Program-made: the position numbers and the translations under genes | Assembly: GCA_023300835.1 (NCBI GenBank) | Contig: JALZVB010000122.1 | Coordinates: 1 to 43,768, forward strand | Source of the DNA: Saprospiraceae bacterium | GTDB taxonomy: Bacteria > Bacteroidota > Bacteroidia > Chitinophagales > Saprospiraceae | Direction: 5' to 3' | Length of the DNA: 43,768 nt | The notes under the pieces: model-generated | Told to the model about the DNA's origin: nothing | Database searches by the model: none | What the model saw: the letters and a program-made list of their open reading frames with translations, nothing else | In this document: one piece after another, positions 27,289 through 36,901 of the stretch | How the letters are laid out: the number at the start of each line of letters is the position of its first letter | Position numbering within the stretch: position 1 is the stretch's first letter

Positions 27289-29292
27289 TTACAGATTGGT
27301 AATGATAACATCAAGTATTTTGTCTCCTTTCTGAATCCTATGAATGACTTCCATTCCATGTATAACCTTAGCAAAAATCGAATAATTTCCATCTAAGTGC
27401 GGTGTCGCAGAATGTGTAATAAACCATTGTGTAGACTCTGTATGTAATCCAGCTGACGCCATTCCTACATAGCCTTCTTTGTAAGACAATGGCCCAACTT
27501 CAGATTTAATAACATAATCAGCACCACCATAATTATCGCCACGTGGGCTTCCCGTCTGTATTACAAAATTGGGTACGACTCTATGGAAAATTTTATCCTT
27601 ATAAAAATTGGAGGATGCCAGATCAAGAAAATTCAGTACTGTTCCTGGTGCCTCGTTTAAGAAAAACTTAAGTGTAAATATTCCTTTGGTGGTTTTTATG
27701 ATAGCCTTGGTGTTAGGTGTTACTTCTTTTAACCTAGCCCAGTTTACAGCTTTTGATGTATTAACTTTAGTAAAGTTGGGTTTATCAACGCCTCTCAAAT
27801 AAGCCAAGGCTCTCTCTACGGCGTAGATACTTTCTATTTGAGACGGTGCAGATAGTTTAGACCTTATATCTAGAAGAAAGTTAGTGCTATCTATAAGTTC
27901 TGCAAGCCCTGTTTCTGGGTTACTTATTACATCTGCCCCAGCACCTACAATTCCTTCGTCTATTCCAGACATAGACTCCATGATATAGTTTAGTATTTTT
28001 CTTTTATTAGATCTTGTGACTGTCTGATACACAGAGTAGAATTCCTTATTGCCTAATATTTTTCCTAGGGCCTCTATAGAAGCTGTTTTTATTACGGGGT
28101 CGCTCGATTCTTTGCCATACTTCATAATATAAGGATAGCTCTCTGTGTCATTACCTAGTGCCCTAAGGTAATCAGAAATTATTATGGGATTTGTCTCAGC
28201 GGCTATAGCTTGTTGGACTTGCCATCTTGTAGCATTGTTGGTTTTAGTATAATAATAAGGCAGGAGTGAAAGGATAGAATTGTACAGCTCAGTCTTAAGT
28301 TGCCACGGCACACTATCTACAGCGATATTTCTATAAGCTACAATATCTTTTAAGTCTCCGTTAGCTGCAATATAAGAAGAAGCGGTACGAGCAACATGAA
28401 GGTTTTTATCTCTTAATAACGCCAGTATCTTCTCTTTGGAAGCCGCATAATCATAGCTCTGTAAGGTTCTTATGATATTACACTTCACTCTATAATCTTG
28501 TTGGAGATCTAGTTGATCTAATAAGATGGCTTGTATCTCAGGTCCATTGGTGTTTCTTAATGAGGTAGCCAGTGCCATTTTTATTTCTACGTTTTGTTCT
28601 GCTACGAGCGCTTCTGCTATTTGAAATTTTACGTTTTCGATATCGAGGTTTGTAGCTCTAGCTAAATAGTGCGCCCCAGCCAACCTTACTTGAACCGGGA
28701 TGTTTTTATTTTTGATTTTCTCGACGACATTATTCGTTATAAGTGGACTATGTGTTCCTCTAAGGGCATAAGCGTAGATTGCTTTCATCTGACCCTCTAG
28801 TAACAACGTATCGGTATCCCTATATCCATCTGCAGTAATAATTTTCTCTGCCAACTCAGCCTTGCCTAGCTTCCCGATAGCATACAGTATGGCACCATTG
28901 GCAGCATTGTCCACAGATATCGTATCCTTCTGCCTGAACCCCGATAGAAGTGGCACCTCTGATGAAGGTGACTTTAATTGCCCTATTGCGAAGGCTGCCA
29001 TTTCCCTAACTTCTATAATAGGGTCATCAAGTAACTTGTATAGACTATCTAGTCCTGCAGGGTCTTGATGCGATGCAAATGCCCTTGCAGCAAGATATCT
29101 ATAAGTAGGGTTTCTATCTCCAAAAAAGGATAGCAAACTATCTGTTCTACCTGCAAATTGATGATCAGATATCTTCTGAAAAAGAACATCTTTTGTGTCA
29201 AGTTCCACATTGGTCATCAGCTTCTTAGAATCAGGAACACATGAATATATCCCCAGTAGTGAAACAAACATCAAGAGAATATATTTTTTCAT
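27289..29292 (-). CDS. Lipoprotein with N-terminal HEAT/ARM-like repeats fused to a C-terminal cyclophilin-type peptidyl-prolyl isomerase
   Basis: The ORF track extends to 29331. I prefer the ATG at 29292, which gives MKKYILLMFVSLLGIYSCV (lipobox). The last ~160 aa are cyclophilin-like (FHRVVPNFVIQTGSPRGDNYGG...GMASAGLHTESTQWFITHSATPHLDGNYSIFAKVIHGMEV). The upstream ~480 aa are helical repeats (RYLAARAFA..., EVREMAAFAIGQL...). Confidence 0.85.
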   Translation of the reverse strand: MKKYILLMFVSLLGIYSCVPDSKKLMTNVELDTKDVLFQKISDHQFAGRTDSLLSFFGDRNPTYRYLAARAFASHQDPAGLDSLYKLLDDPIIEVREMAAFAIGQLKSPSSEVPLLSGFRQKDTISVDNAANGAILYAIGKLGKAELAEKIITADGYRDTDTLLLEGQMKAIYAYALRGTHSPLITNNVVEKIKNKNIPVQVRLAGAHYLARATNLDIENVKFQIAEALVAEQNVEIKMALATSLRNTNGPEIQAILLDQLDLQQDYRVKCNIIRTLQSYDYAASKEKILALLRDKNLHVARTASSYIAANGDLKDIVAYRNIAVDSVPWQLKTELYNSILSLLPYYYTKTNNATRWQVQQAIAAETNPIIISDYLRALGNDTESYPYIMKYGKESSDPVIKTASIEALGKILGNKEFYSVYQTVTRSNKRKILNYIMESMSGIDEGIVGAGADVISNPETGLAELIDSTNFLLDIRSKLSAPSQIESIYAVERALAYLRGVDKPNFTKVNTSKAVNWARLKEVTPNTKAIIKTTKGIFTLKFFLNEAPGTVLNFLDLASSNFYKDKIFHRVVPNFVIQTGSPRGDNYGGADYVIKSEVGPLSYKEGYVGMASAGLHTESTQWFITHSATPHLDGNYSIFAKVIHGMEVIHRIQKGDKILDVIITNL

Positions 29293-29533
29293 TGTAGAAG
29301 TTTTTAACAGCCGATTATAGCAACTGATCAATTATATAATTAAGAAGTGAAGTTACATTAATGTTAGATGTGATTGCCAATTTCGTTTCATATTTAGAAT
29401 GGCAATTTCCAAATGGTTGCCAAATACCTAAGTACCTATATCTTTCTACATGATGCGTGGATCAACCTTCTTGTAAGTTTAATTGGTATAATTCTTGAAT
29501 CTAATTAGTTGTTAAAGTTAAACCAACCAAATT

Positions 29534-30652
29534 ATGCCATTTATCCATTCTATCCGAACTGGGGTACCTGTATACGAGTATACCCAAGACCAAGTTTATA
29601 AAATCGTAGCCCCTTCTTTACCTGATCGGCTAAAACCCATTCTAAACAAGATCTTAAAGGGAAGCCAAATTAGAAAACGTCACTTTGTTACTAGTGTCAA
29701 ACATATATTTGAACTATCTCGCGAGAAAAAAATCGGAGAAAAGTTTAAGATCTGGCAAAAGGCATCCACACAGTTTTTTGAAAAACAAATAAAAGAAATT
29801 TTATCAGAAGCTGATCTGACAGCAGAAGATATTGATGGTGTTTGTACCTGTACAACATCTGGATTTGTAACCCCAGGGATTGACGTTCTTCTTATGGACA
29901 CTATTGGTTTCAGAAAGAACATTACACGTTTACCCTTATTCGGTTATGGCTGTTCTGGAGGTATGGCAGCCATCAACAGAGTGGACGATTACCTAGCGGG
30001 TAATCCCACTAAAGCTTTTCTCGTCTGTGTGGGAGAAACATTGAGTATGCAGTATGAACACGATAACTCAATTTCTAAAATGGTTTCCAATAACCTCTTC
30101 GGTGATGGATTTGCGACCCTATTAATGGTAGGTAAAGACCACAGACTAGCCAAAGCGTCACCTATAGATATCCTAGAGACCCGTTCTTATGTTTTCCCTG
30201 ATAGCGACTTTGCTGTAGGCCAGTGGATGACAGACTCTGGGCTAAAAACCCATGTAGACTATAAACTACCTAAGCTTATCAAAGCTGCTGCTAAAGCCCC
30301 TATTACTGAGTTATTGCTAGATAACAATATCAATGTGGATGATATAGAACACTGGATACTACATACAGGAGGACCAAAGGTTATGGACTCCTTTTGTGAA
30401 TGTCTTGCGCTTAACCCACAGAAGATAGAAGCCAGTCTAGAGGTATATAAAAACTATGGAAATCAAAGTGCAGTCTCAGTACTGTCCGCTATGGAAAATA
30501 GTTTGGCTACCAATAAGAAAATTGGATATGGGTTTATGATGGCCTTAGGCCCGGGTATACATATGGAATATGCGTTATGCCAAGTCGATCCAATGAAAAA
30601 CGCAGTGAAAAGAACTGCAATAGAATCAGCAGTTGTAGCTTCTGAGTTATAA
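29534..30652 (+). CDS. Type III polyketide synthase (chalcone/stilbene synthase superfamily)
   Basis: 372-aa ORF. VCTCTTSGFVTPGID resembles the CHS segment VCTTSGVDMPG. The catalytic Cys context is FGYGCSGGMAA, the His context is ILHTGGPKVMD and the Asn context is YGNQSAVSVL. The Cys-His-Asn triad looks intact. Confidence 0.85.
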   Translation: MPFIHSIRTGVPVYEYTQDQVYKIVAPSLPDRLKPILNKILKGSQIRKRHFVTSVKHIFELSREKKIGEKFKIWQKASTQFFEKQIKEILSEADLTAEDIDGVCTCTTSGFVTPGIDVLLMDTIGFRKNITRLPLFGYGCSGGMAAINRVDDYLAGNPTKAFLVCVGETLSMQYEHDNSISKMVSNNLFGDGFATLLMVGKDHRLAKASPIDILETRSYVFPDSDFAVGQWMTDSGLKTHVDYKLPKLIKAAAKAPITELLLDNNINVDDIEHWILHTGGPKVMDSFCECLALNPQKIEASLEVYKNYGNQSAVSVLSAMENSLATNKKIGYGFMMALGPGIHMEYALCQVDPMKNAVKRTAIESAVVASEL

Positions 30653-30683
30653 AGAATTATAAAGAAATCATGCTTCAAAAAAA

Positions 30684-30711
30684 GCCCTCCAAGAAATAAA
30701 TCTTGGAGGGC
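30684..30711. terminator. Strong hairpin terminator between convergent PKS and csp genes
   Basis: Perfect 11-bp inverted repeat GCCCTCCAAGA / TCTTGGAGGGC with a 6-nt loop. It is flanked by A7 on the left, which is a T-run for the minus-strand csp transcript. The T content on the plus side is weaker. Confidence 0.75.
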
Positions 30712-30740
30712 CGTATGATTTTAAGAAATCAAATTCAGTT

Positions 30741-30932
30741 TTAAACTACTGTTACATTAACTGCATTTAATCCTTTTCTTCCTTCTTCAACATCATAACT
30801 CACTTTGTCACCTTCGTTGATAGTGTCTGTTAAGCCATTTGCATGAACGAAAACATCTTTGCCTCCGTCATCCGGGGTAATGAAACCAAAACCTTTGCCT
30901 TCATTGAAAAATTTAACTGTACCGTTACTCAT
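30741..30932 (-). CDS. Cold-shock protein (CspA family)
   Basis: 63-aa [37 protein letters not shown]... carrying the RNP1 (KGFGFI) and RNP2 (VFVH) motifs. Confidence 0.95.
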   Translation of the reverse strand: MSNGTVKFFNEGKGFGFITPDDGGKDVFVHANGLTDTINEGDKVSYDVEEGRKGLNAVNVTVV

Positions 30933-30965
30933 TTGTATTATATGTAATTATTATAAATAGAAGCG

Positions 30966-30973
30966 CAAAATTA
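30966..30973 (-). promoter_or_regulatory. Candidate -7 box TAATTTTG upstream of csp
   Basis: The minus strand reads TAATTTTG (TAnnTTTG), 33 nt upstream of the csp ATG. No well-spaced -33 TTTG is visible. Confidence 0.3.
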
Positions 30974-31119
30974 TAATTTAATCCGCTACTCCTGCATTAA
31001 AGACAAAAATAAACCAATCTAAGTTCCCAAACTCTAATAAAAAGTTTTAAAACTTTTAAAAAAGGAAAAAAACTTGTGTTTTTACCCAAAATCGACTTGA
31101 AAGCCAAGGTTTGGGTTCA

Positions 31120-33039
31120 TTATAGAAGCTTATTGAAGTACTCAACAAATTCTGCCACTTTCTGTGTACCTACATCACCTTCGCCTTGCATTCTTACAGA
31201 AACACTATCGGCTTCAATTTCCTTTTCTCCTACAATAAGAAGAATAGGAATTTTATTGACCTCATTATCTCGTATCTTCTTACCTATCGTTTCATTTCTC
31301 TCATCTATAAATCCTCTTATATCATGTTGCGCCAGTTGCTGCTCAACTTTCTGGCAGTACGGAAGGAATTTATTATCGACAGGGATAAGGACATATTGTT
31401 CAGGTGTCAACCACAACGGAAACTTACCTGCCGTATGTTCTATTAATATCGACATAAACCGCTCCATAGAACCAAATGGCGCTCTATGCACCATAACAGG
31501 TCGATGCTTCTCATTATCCGATCCGATATATTCTAGACCAAATCGCTCCGGCAAATTATAATCTACTTGTATTGTTCCTAACTGCCACTTTCTTCCTATG
31601 GCATCTTTTATCATGAAATCTAACTTAGGACCATAGAAAGCGGCTTCACCTAACTTGGTCGTTGTAACCATATCTACTTCTTGGGTAGCTTCTATGATTG
31701 CAGCCTCTGCGGCATCCCAGTTAGCATCAGAACCGATGTACTTCTCAGGTTTAGCAGGATCTCTAAGCGATATTTGTGCTGTAAAGTCCTTAAAGTCCAT
31801 TTTATGTAACACCTTAGTTGTTAGGTGTAGAACTTCTAGAAACTGCTCTTTGAGTTGCGCAGTTGTACAGAAAATGTGCGCATCATCTTGTGTAAATCCT
31901 CTTACTCTTGATAATCCATGTAGTTCGCCTGTCTGCTCATATCTATATACGGTACCGAATTCTCCTATCTTGAGTGGTAACTCCTTATATGAACGCGGTC
32001 TGTGTCCGTATATCTCACAGTGATGTGGACAGTTCATGGGCTTAAGTAAGAACTCCTCACCTTCTCGAGGTGTCTTTATGGGTTGGAAACTATCTTCTCC
32101 ATATTTTTCATAATGACCAGAGGTCACGTATAACTCCTTGTTGGCGATATGGGGAGTAACAACCATTTTATATCCCAGTTTCTCTTGTTCTCCTCTCAAG
32201 AAAGCTTGCAACCTTTCTCTGATCTGAGTTCCTCTAGGTAACCATATAGGAAGACCTGATCCTACTTTTTCTGAGAACATAAATAACTCTAGCTCCGTGC
32301 CCAGTTTCCTGTGATCTCTTTTTTTAGCTTCTTCTAATAGGTTAAGATATTCTTTTAGTTCTTTTTGCTTAGGAAAGGTAATCCCGTAGATCCTTACCAT
32401 TTGCTTTCTGGTCTCGTCACCTCTCCAGTATGCACCAGCTATTTTCATTATTTTGATAGCCTTTATACTTCCAGTGCTGGGAATATGTGGCCCTCTACAT
32501 AGATCTGTAAAATTTCCTTGCTTATAGAAAGTAATAGATCCATCTTCTAGACCTTCGATAAGTTCTAGTTTGTAAGGATCATCCTTTTCTGTAAAGTATT
32601 TTATAGCATCAGCTTTGGATACATCGGATCTTACAAATTCATTTTTTTGCTGCGCCAATGCTAACATTTTGTCTTCTATCTTCTTGAAGTCAGCAGGTGT
32701 TAATACCGTATCTCCAGTATCTATATCGTAGTAAAATCCATTTTCTATAGGAGGTCCTATTCCTAGTTTTACACCTGGAAACAGATCTTCTAGCGCTTCT
32801 GCAAGTAGGTGGGCTGAGGAATGCCAGAAAGCATACTTTCCTTCCTCATCCTTCCATGTATGGAACATGATACTTGCATCAGTATCAACGGGTCTTGTTG
32901 CATCCCATTTTTCTCCATTGACAGTTGCCGTAAGCACATTTCTGGCTAATCCTTCGCTAATCGATTTAGCAATATCTATAGGTGTTGAACCATTCTCATA
33001 CGTCCTGACATTGCCATCGGGAAATGTTATGTTAATCAT
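31120..33039 (-). CDS. thrS: Threonine--tRNA ligase
   Basis: 639-aa ORF with an N-terminal TGS-like domain, an editing-domain HSSAHLLA motif, class II core motifs (FRGEQ...[19 protein letters not shown]) and a C-terminal anticodon-binding domain. Confidence 0.97.
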   Translation of the reverse strand: MINITFPDGNVRTYENGSTPIDIAKSISEGLARNVLTATVNGEKWDATRPVDTDASIMFHTWKDEEGKYAFWHSSAHLLAEALEDLFPGVKLGIGPPIENGFYYDIDTGDTVLTPADFKKIEDKMLALAQQKNEFVRSDVSKADAIKYFTEKDDPYKLELIEGLEDGSITFYKQGNFTDLCRGPHIPSTGSIKAIKIMKIAGAYWRGDETRKQMVRIYGITFPKQKELKEYLNLLEEAKKRDHRKLGTELELFMFSEKVGSGLPIWLPRGTQIRERLQAFLRGEQEKLGYKMVVTPHIANKELYVTSGHYEKYGEDSFQPIKTPREGEEFLLKPMNCPHHCEIYGHRPRSYKELPLKIGEFGTVYRYEQTGELHGLSRVRGFTQDDAHIFCTTAQLKEQFLEVLHLTTKVLHKMDFKDFTAQISLRDPAKPEKYIGSDANWDAAEAAIIEATQEVDMVTTTKLGEAAFYGPKLDFMIKDAIGRKWQLGTIQVDYNLPERFGLEYIGSDNEKHRPVMVHRAPFGSMERFMSILIEHTAGKFPLWLTPEQYVLIPVDNKFLPYCQKVEQQLAQHDIRGFIDERNETIGKKIRDNEVNKIPILLIVGEKEIEADSVSVRMQGEGDVGTQKVAEFVEYFNKLL

Positions 33040-33056
33040 CTTTCAAAAAATTTACA

Positions 33057-33064
33057 CAAAATTA
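33057..33064 (-). promoter_or_regulatory. Candidate -7 box TAATTTTG upstream of thrS
   Basis: The minus strand reads TAATTTTG, 17 nt upstream of the thrS ATG at 33039. This is the same octamer as upstream of csp. It is a motif match only. Confidence 0.3.
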
Positions 33065-33168
33065 CATGAAGTAATCCATAAACATATGGCAATAACTAAT
33101 AATGTATGTTGAATTAGAAAAATATTACATAGATTCAAGCCCACATTTGTAATAGCGTAATATATTAT

Positions 33169-34275
33169 ATGAAAATATATCCTTTTGAGGCCGTTTACCC
33201 TAAAGTAGATCTGATTGCGTCGGCCAAGTCATTTTTTTCTGATATTAAGCAACAGTACAGGCAATATCGTAAGAGTGGCATTTATGAGAGTCTTTCCACA
33301 CCTGGAATCTATATTTATCAAATAAAAACAGAAACAAGCAGTCACATAGGACTCATCTGTTGCACGGATGTCAATGATATTACAGATCTTAATATCAAAA
33401 AGCATGAGGAGACACTTGCTGATAAAGAACAGAAGATGATGGGTCTAATATTGCAACGTAAAGCACTTGTAAAACCTGTTCTATTAGGCTATCATTCTAA
33501 TGATAATATCAAAGGTATTATTACAGAGAGTATGGAAAACGAACCCCTTGTATCTATTCCTCTTGAGGAGAATAAGGTATGGCACACTATCTGGACTATA
33601 GAAAATAAAGCAAGTGAAACTAAGCTCATCAATGAGTTTGCACAATTAACTACAGCCTACATAGGTGATGGCCACCACAGAACTACAACAATACAGTTGC
33701 TGAGTAGAAGTAAGGATCTGGGAGAGGAAGCTAGAAAGTACGACCAATTCCTTACGGCATACTTTGACTTCAAGGAATTAAAGATTTCAGATTTCAATAG
33801 GGTTGTTGATATTGCTGAGATTATACCCCTTCCTGAGTTTATCATAAAGTTGTCAAAGTACTTTGATATCAAAATGATTAAGAAAGAGGCTAAGCCTAAA
33901 AAGAAACACGTAATAGTGTCTTATATCGCGGGCAACTGGTATAAATTAAAATGGAAGAAAAGGTATCTCAAGCAAAAGGATGGACTACCTCTATTAGATA
34001 GTGCATTGGTCAATCAATTTATTTTTCAGAAGATACTGGGAATCATAGATGTAAGACTTGATAAACGCATCCAATACTTTGGTGGTACACAAACGCTTAA
34101 CGAAATTCAAAAGGCCGCAGATACTTGTGAAACAGGCGTCGCACTATGTATTTTTCCTGTTACAGTAGAAGAGTTGACGACGATCTCTGATCGTGGATTA
34201 ACGTTACCGCCTAAAAGCACCTATTTTTTGCCACGATTACTCAGTGGTATTATTGCTAAGGATTTAACGAGCTAA
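33169..34275 (+). CDS. DUF1015 domain-containing protein
   Basis: 368-aa ORF. The N-terminus MKIYPFEAVYP and the central YIGDGHHRTTT motif are typical of DUF1015 proteins as I remember them. Confidence 0.75.
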   Translation: MKIYPFEAVYPKVDLIASAKSFFSDIKQQYRQYRKSGIYESLSTPGIYIYQIKTETSSHIGLICCTDVNDITDLNIKKHEETLADKEQKMMGLILQRKALVKPVLLGYHSNDNIKGIITESMENEPLVSIPLEENKVWHTIWTIENKASETKLINEFAQLTTAYIGDGHHRTTTIQLLSRSKDLGEEARKYDQFLTAYFDFKELKISDFNRVVDIAEIIPLPEFIIKLSKYFDIKMIKKEAKPKKKHVIVSYIAGNWYKLKWKKRYLKQKDGLPLLDSALVNQFIFQKILGIIDVRLDKRIQYFGGTQTLNEIQKAADTCETGVALCIFPVTVEELTTISDRGLTLPPKSTYFLPRLLSGIIAKDLTS

Positions 34276-34303
34276 GTAGCATATAAAGCCTTATTCTTGA
34301 GGT

Positions 34304-35725
34304 GTGCAAAAAGATTTCATTAAGAATATATTTTCCTTACTCTTTATCAATGTACTGGTTAAGGTACTCTACATCATATTTATTGATGCTGAAGTACAGA
34401 ATAGACTAGGGGATTCTGAATACGGCATCTATTTCTCTCTCTTTAATTTCTGCTTTCTATTCCAGATTATACTAGATCTGGGTATTCAGAATTATAACTC
34501 TAAGAATATTGCGCAGAATAGGACTTCAGTAGAAACATACTTTTCTTATGTATTGAGCACCAAGCTGTTACTGGTTTTTGCATTTGCGGTAAGCTTATTT
34601 ATAGGGGCATTTATTTTAGACTATCCTCCATTTTACTTTAAGGTGATTACAGGTATTGTAATTATGATGATCGTACAATCCTTTTTTGTCTATCTGAGAA
34701 CACATTTTTCTGCCTTAGGTCATTTTCATATAGAGTCACGTTTATCAGCGCTAGACAAGATGTTGATGTTTATGATAATAGGGTACATGCTATATGTGGA
34801 AAGGGAAATATCGGTTATGCGATTTATAAGTGGTCAGATTGTAGCATTATCGATAGCCCTTTTAATAACTGGATTCCTTCTAAACAAGAAATTTAAGCTG
34901 AGGCTAAATTTCTCATTAACCCGTTCTAATGAAATCATCAAGGCATCTTTCCCATATGCAATAGTCTTACTCGTGATGACAATATATACACGTATGGACG
35001 GTGTCATGTTGGAGCGGATGATAGATGATAATGCCATTTCTGCAGGAATCTATGGCGCTGCCTATAGGTTACTTGATGCCTCTAATATGGTCGGTTACTT
35101 GTTTGCAATGTTACTGCTACCTATGTTCTCTAATCTTATATCAGAACATAAAAATGTGATGCCATTAATAGAAGATGCCACAGGCCTACTTGTAACACTG
35201 AGTACAGGGCTGACTGTTGTATGTTGGTTCTATGGGGCAGATATTATGAGTTTTATGTATGTGGATATAACGCCTACACATGTAAGTTGCTTTAAGATCC
35301 TGATGGTCAGCTTTTGGGCTATTTCAATTTCATATATCTATGGCGCCTTAATATTATCAGATGGCAGATTGAAGACCTTGAATCTCGTTCTATTGAGTGG
35401 CGTATTTGTAAATTTTTCCCTCAACATATGGCTTATACCACAACAAGGCGCAACGGGTGCTGCAATAGCTACATTGATAACGCAATGGTATGTACTTGTC
35501 TGGCAATTTGCGCTGGCCGTAAAGCAATTAAAACTACATTTTCGATTTGATTATACGATTAAATTAATCAGCCAAATTGCGATTTTTATAATCCTGGGTT
35601 ATCTCATATCTGAGTATTTGACTTATAATTGGGTTGTAGAAACTTTATTATTTGCTGGATTAGGATTAATTACGTCAATATTATTGGGCTTTTTCCGTTT
35701 ATCTACTATTCTTGGGCCAAAATAG
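34304..35725 (+). CDS. Oligosaccharide/polysaccharide flippase (Wzx-like, MOP superfamily)
   Basis: 473-aa ORF from a GTG start, with about 12-14 hydrophobic helices. The position-specific pattern (YGIYFSLFNF..., GIYGAAYRLLDA...) is typical of polysaccharide biosynthesis/export proteins. Confidence 0.7.
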   Translation: MQKDFIKNIFSLLFINVLVKVLYIIFIDAEVQNRLGDSEYGIYFSLFNFCFLFQIILDLGIQNYNSKNIAQNRTSVETYFSYVLSTKLLLVFAFAVSLFIGAFILDYPPFYFKVITGIVIMMIVQSFFVYLRTHFSALGHFHIESRLSALDKMLMFMIIGYMLYVEREISVMRFISGQIVALSIALLITGFLLNKKFKLRLNFSLTRSNEIIKASFPYAIVLLVMTIYTRMDGVMLERMIDDNAISAGIYGAAYRLLDASNMVGYLFAMLLLPMFSNLISEHKNVMPLIEDATGLLVTLSTGLTVVCWFYGADIMSFMYVDITPTHVSCFKILMVSFWAISISYIYGALILSDGRLKTLNLVLLSGVFVNFSLNIWLIPQQGATGAAIATLITQWYVLVWQFALAVKQLKLHFRFDYTIKLISQIAIFIILGYLISEYLTYNWVVETLLFAGLGLITSILLGFFRLSTILGPK

Positions 35726-35776
35726 GATAACATCTATTTTGAAAACGACTTACTAACTTTAACCTACACTGATCTA

Positions 35777-36874
35777 ATGAACCAAAACGAAAGCCTACTA
35801 GACATAGTCGTGTTGTTGTATAAATGGAGAAAAAGAATATTGTTAGGTACGCTGATAGCAGGAATAGTTACAGCTCTTATCTCTCTTACCCTAGATAATT
35901 ATTATAAATCCAGCACGTTATTCTACGCGGCTAGTCCAGATATGACACGACCATTACCTATAGGAGATGCGGCACATTACACAAGAATATATGGTAATGG
36001 AGAAGATCTAGATAGGTTACTTTCTATAGCCAAGTCAAATACCGTAAATAATTATCTCATAGAAGAGTTTAACCTATATGACCATTATAATATTGATTCC
36101 ACATCCCTTAAAGGGAAAAGTAAAATGTTACTTAAACTAGGTAAACTATATTCTATTAATAAAACAAAGTTTGACGCTATAAATCTTGCTGTAGAAGATA
36201 AAGACCCAAAGATGGCTGCACAGATGGCCAATGCCGCAAGAATAAAGATAGAAGGGCTGGCTCAAGCGTTAATTAAAAACAGCCAGAAAGTGTTGCTTGA
36301 TTCTTACAAGTCAAAAATTGAATCTAAAGAACTAAAGTTTAAAATATTAACGGATAGTCTTTATAATACTAGAATAAACAACAAAATATTCAACACAGCA
36401 TCTCAGGGAGAAGCGTACTCCAGTAGTTTAGTTGAACTGAAAGGAAGCGTTCAAAATCTATCTGCAAGAATAAAGTTTTTGGAAAAAATCAATGGGCCTA
36501 GAGATTCTATTAATTACTTGAAAGCAAAAAAAGAAGGTAAAGCATTTCAGCTTCTCAATATAGAAGCAGAAATTCAAAACTATAATAATGGTTATCCTAC
36601 AATTATAAGTATTGAAAGAGAAAGAAGAGATTACGGAGATCAGTTAACAATAGATAAAGAAAGATTAACACAACTAGAGTCTGTATACCACACTGATATA
36701 AAAGGTGTCCATGTCATAGAAACTGCAGAAGTGCCCGTTATAAAATCTAGACCCAAAAGGTCCATAATAGTTATAGGTATAAGTGCTCTTGTCTTTCTAT
36801 TATCATCCCTGATGACAATGTTGATGGATCAACTCAATAAAAACAATTGGAGAGAAAAATTCAATAACGTTTAA
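35777..36874 (+). CDS. Polysaccharide chain-length determinant (Wzz-like) protein
   Basis: 365-aa ORF. It has an N-terminal TM helix after LDIVVLLYKWRKRILLGTLIAGIV, a long coiled-coil periplasmic region, and a C-terminal TM helix after SRPKRSIIVIGISALVFLL. This is the PCP/Wzz topology. Confidence 0.7.
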   Translation: MNQNESLLDIVVLLYKWRKRILLGTLIAGIVTALISLTLDNYYKSSTLFYAASPDMTRPLPIGDAAHYTRIYGNGEDLDRLLSIAKSNTVNNYLIEEFNLYDHYNIDSTSLKGKSKMLLKLGKLYSINKTKFDAINLAVEDKDPKMAAQMANAARIKIEGLAQALIKNSQKVLLDSYKSKIESKELKFKILTDSLYNTRINNKIFNTASQGEAYSSSLVELKGSVQNLSARIKFLEKINGPRDSINYLKAKKEGKAFQLLNIEAEIQNYNNGYPTIISIERERRDYGDQLTIDKERLTQLESVYHTDIKGVHVIETAEVPVIKSRPKRSIIVIGISALVFLLSSLMTMLMDQLNKNNWREKFNNV

Positions 36875-36901
36875 GTATTGAAAGGACAAGGCGTCAATAT
36901 A

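Noticed and set aside
30741-33039. thrS is followed by csp rather than by the infC-rpmI-rplT genes, which I recall as its usual downstream neighbours
   Set aside because: This is a synteny observation only. I cannot verify from this window how conserved the thrS-infC linkage is in this lineage, and nothing in the sequence indicates a rearrangement scar.
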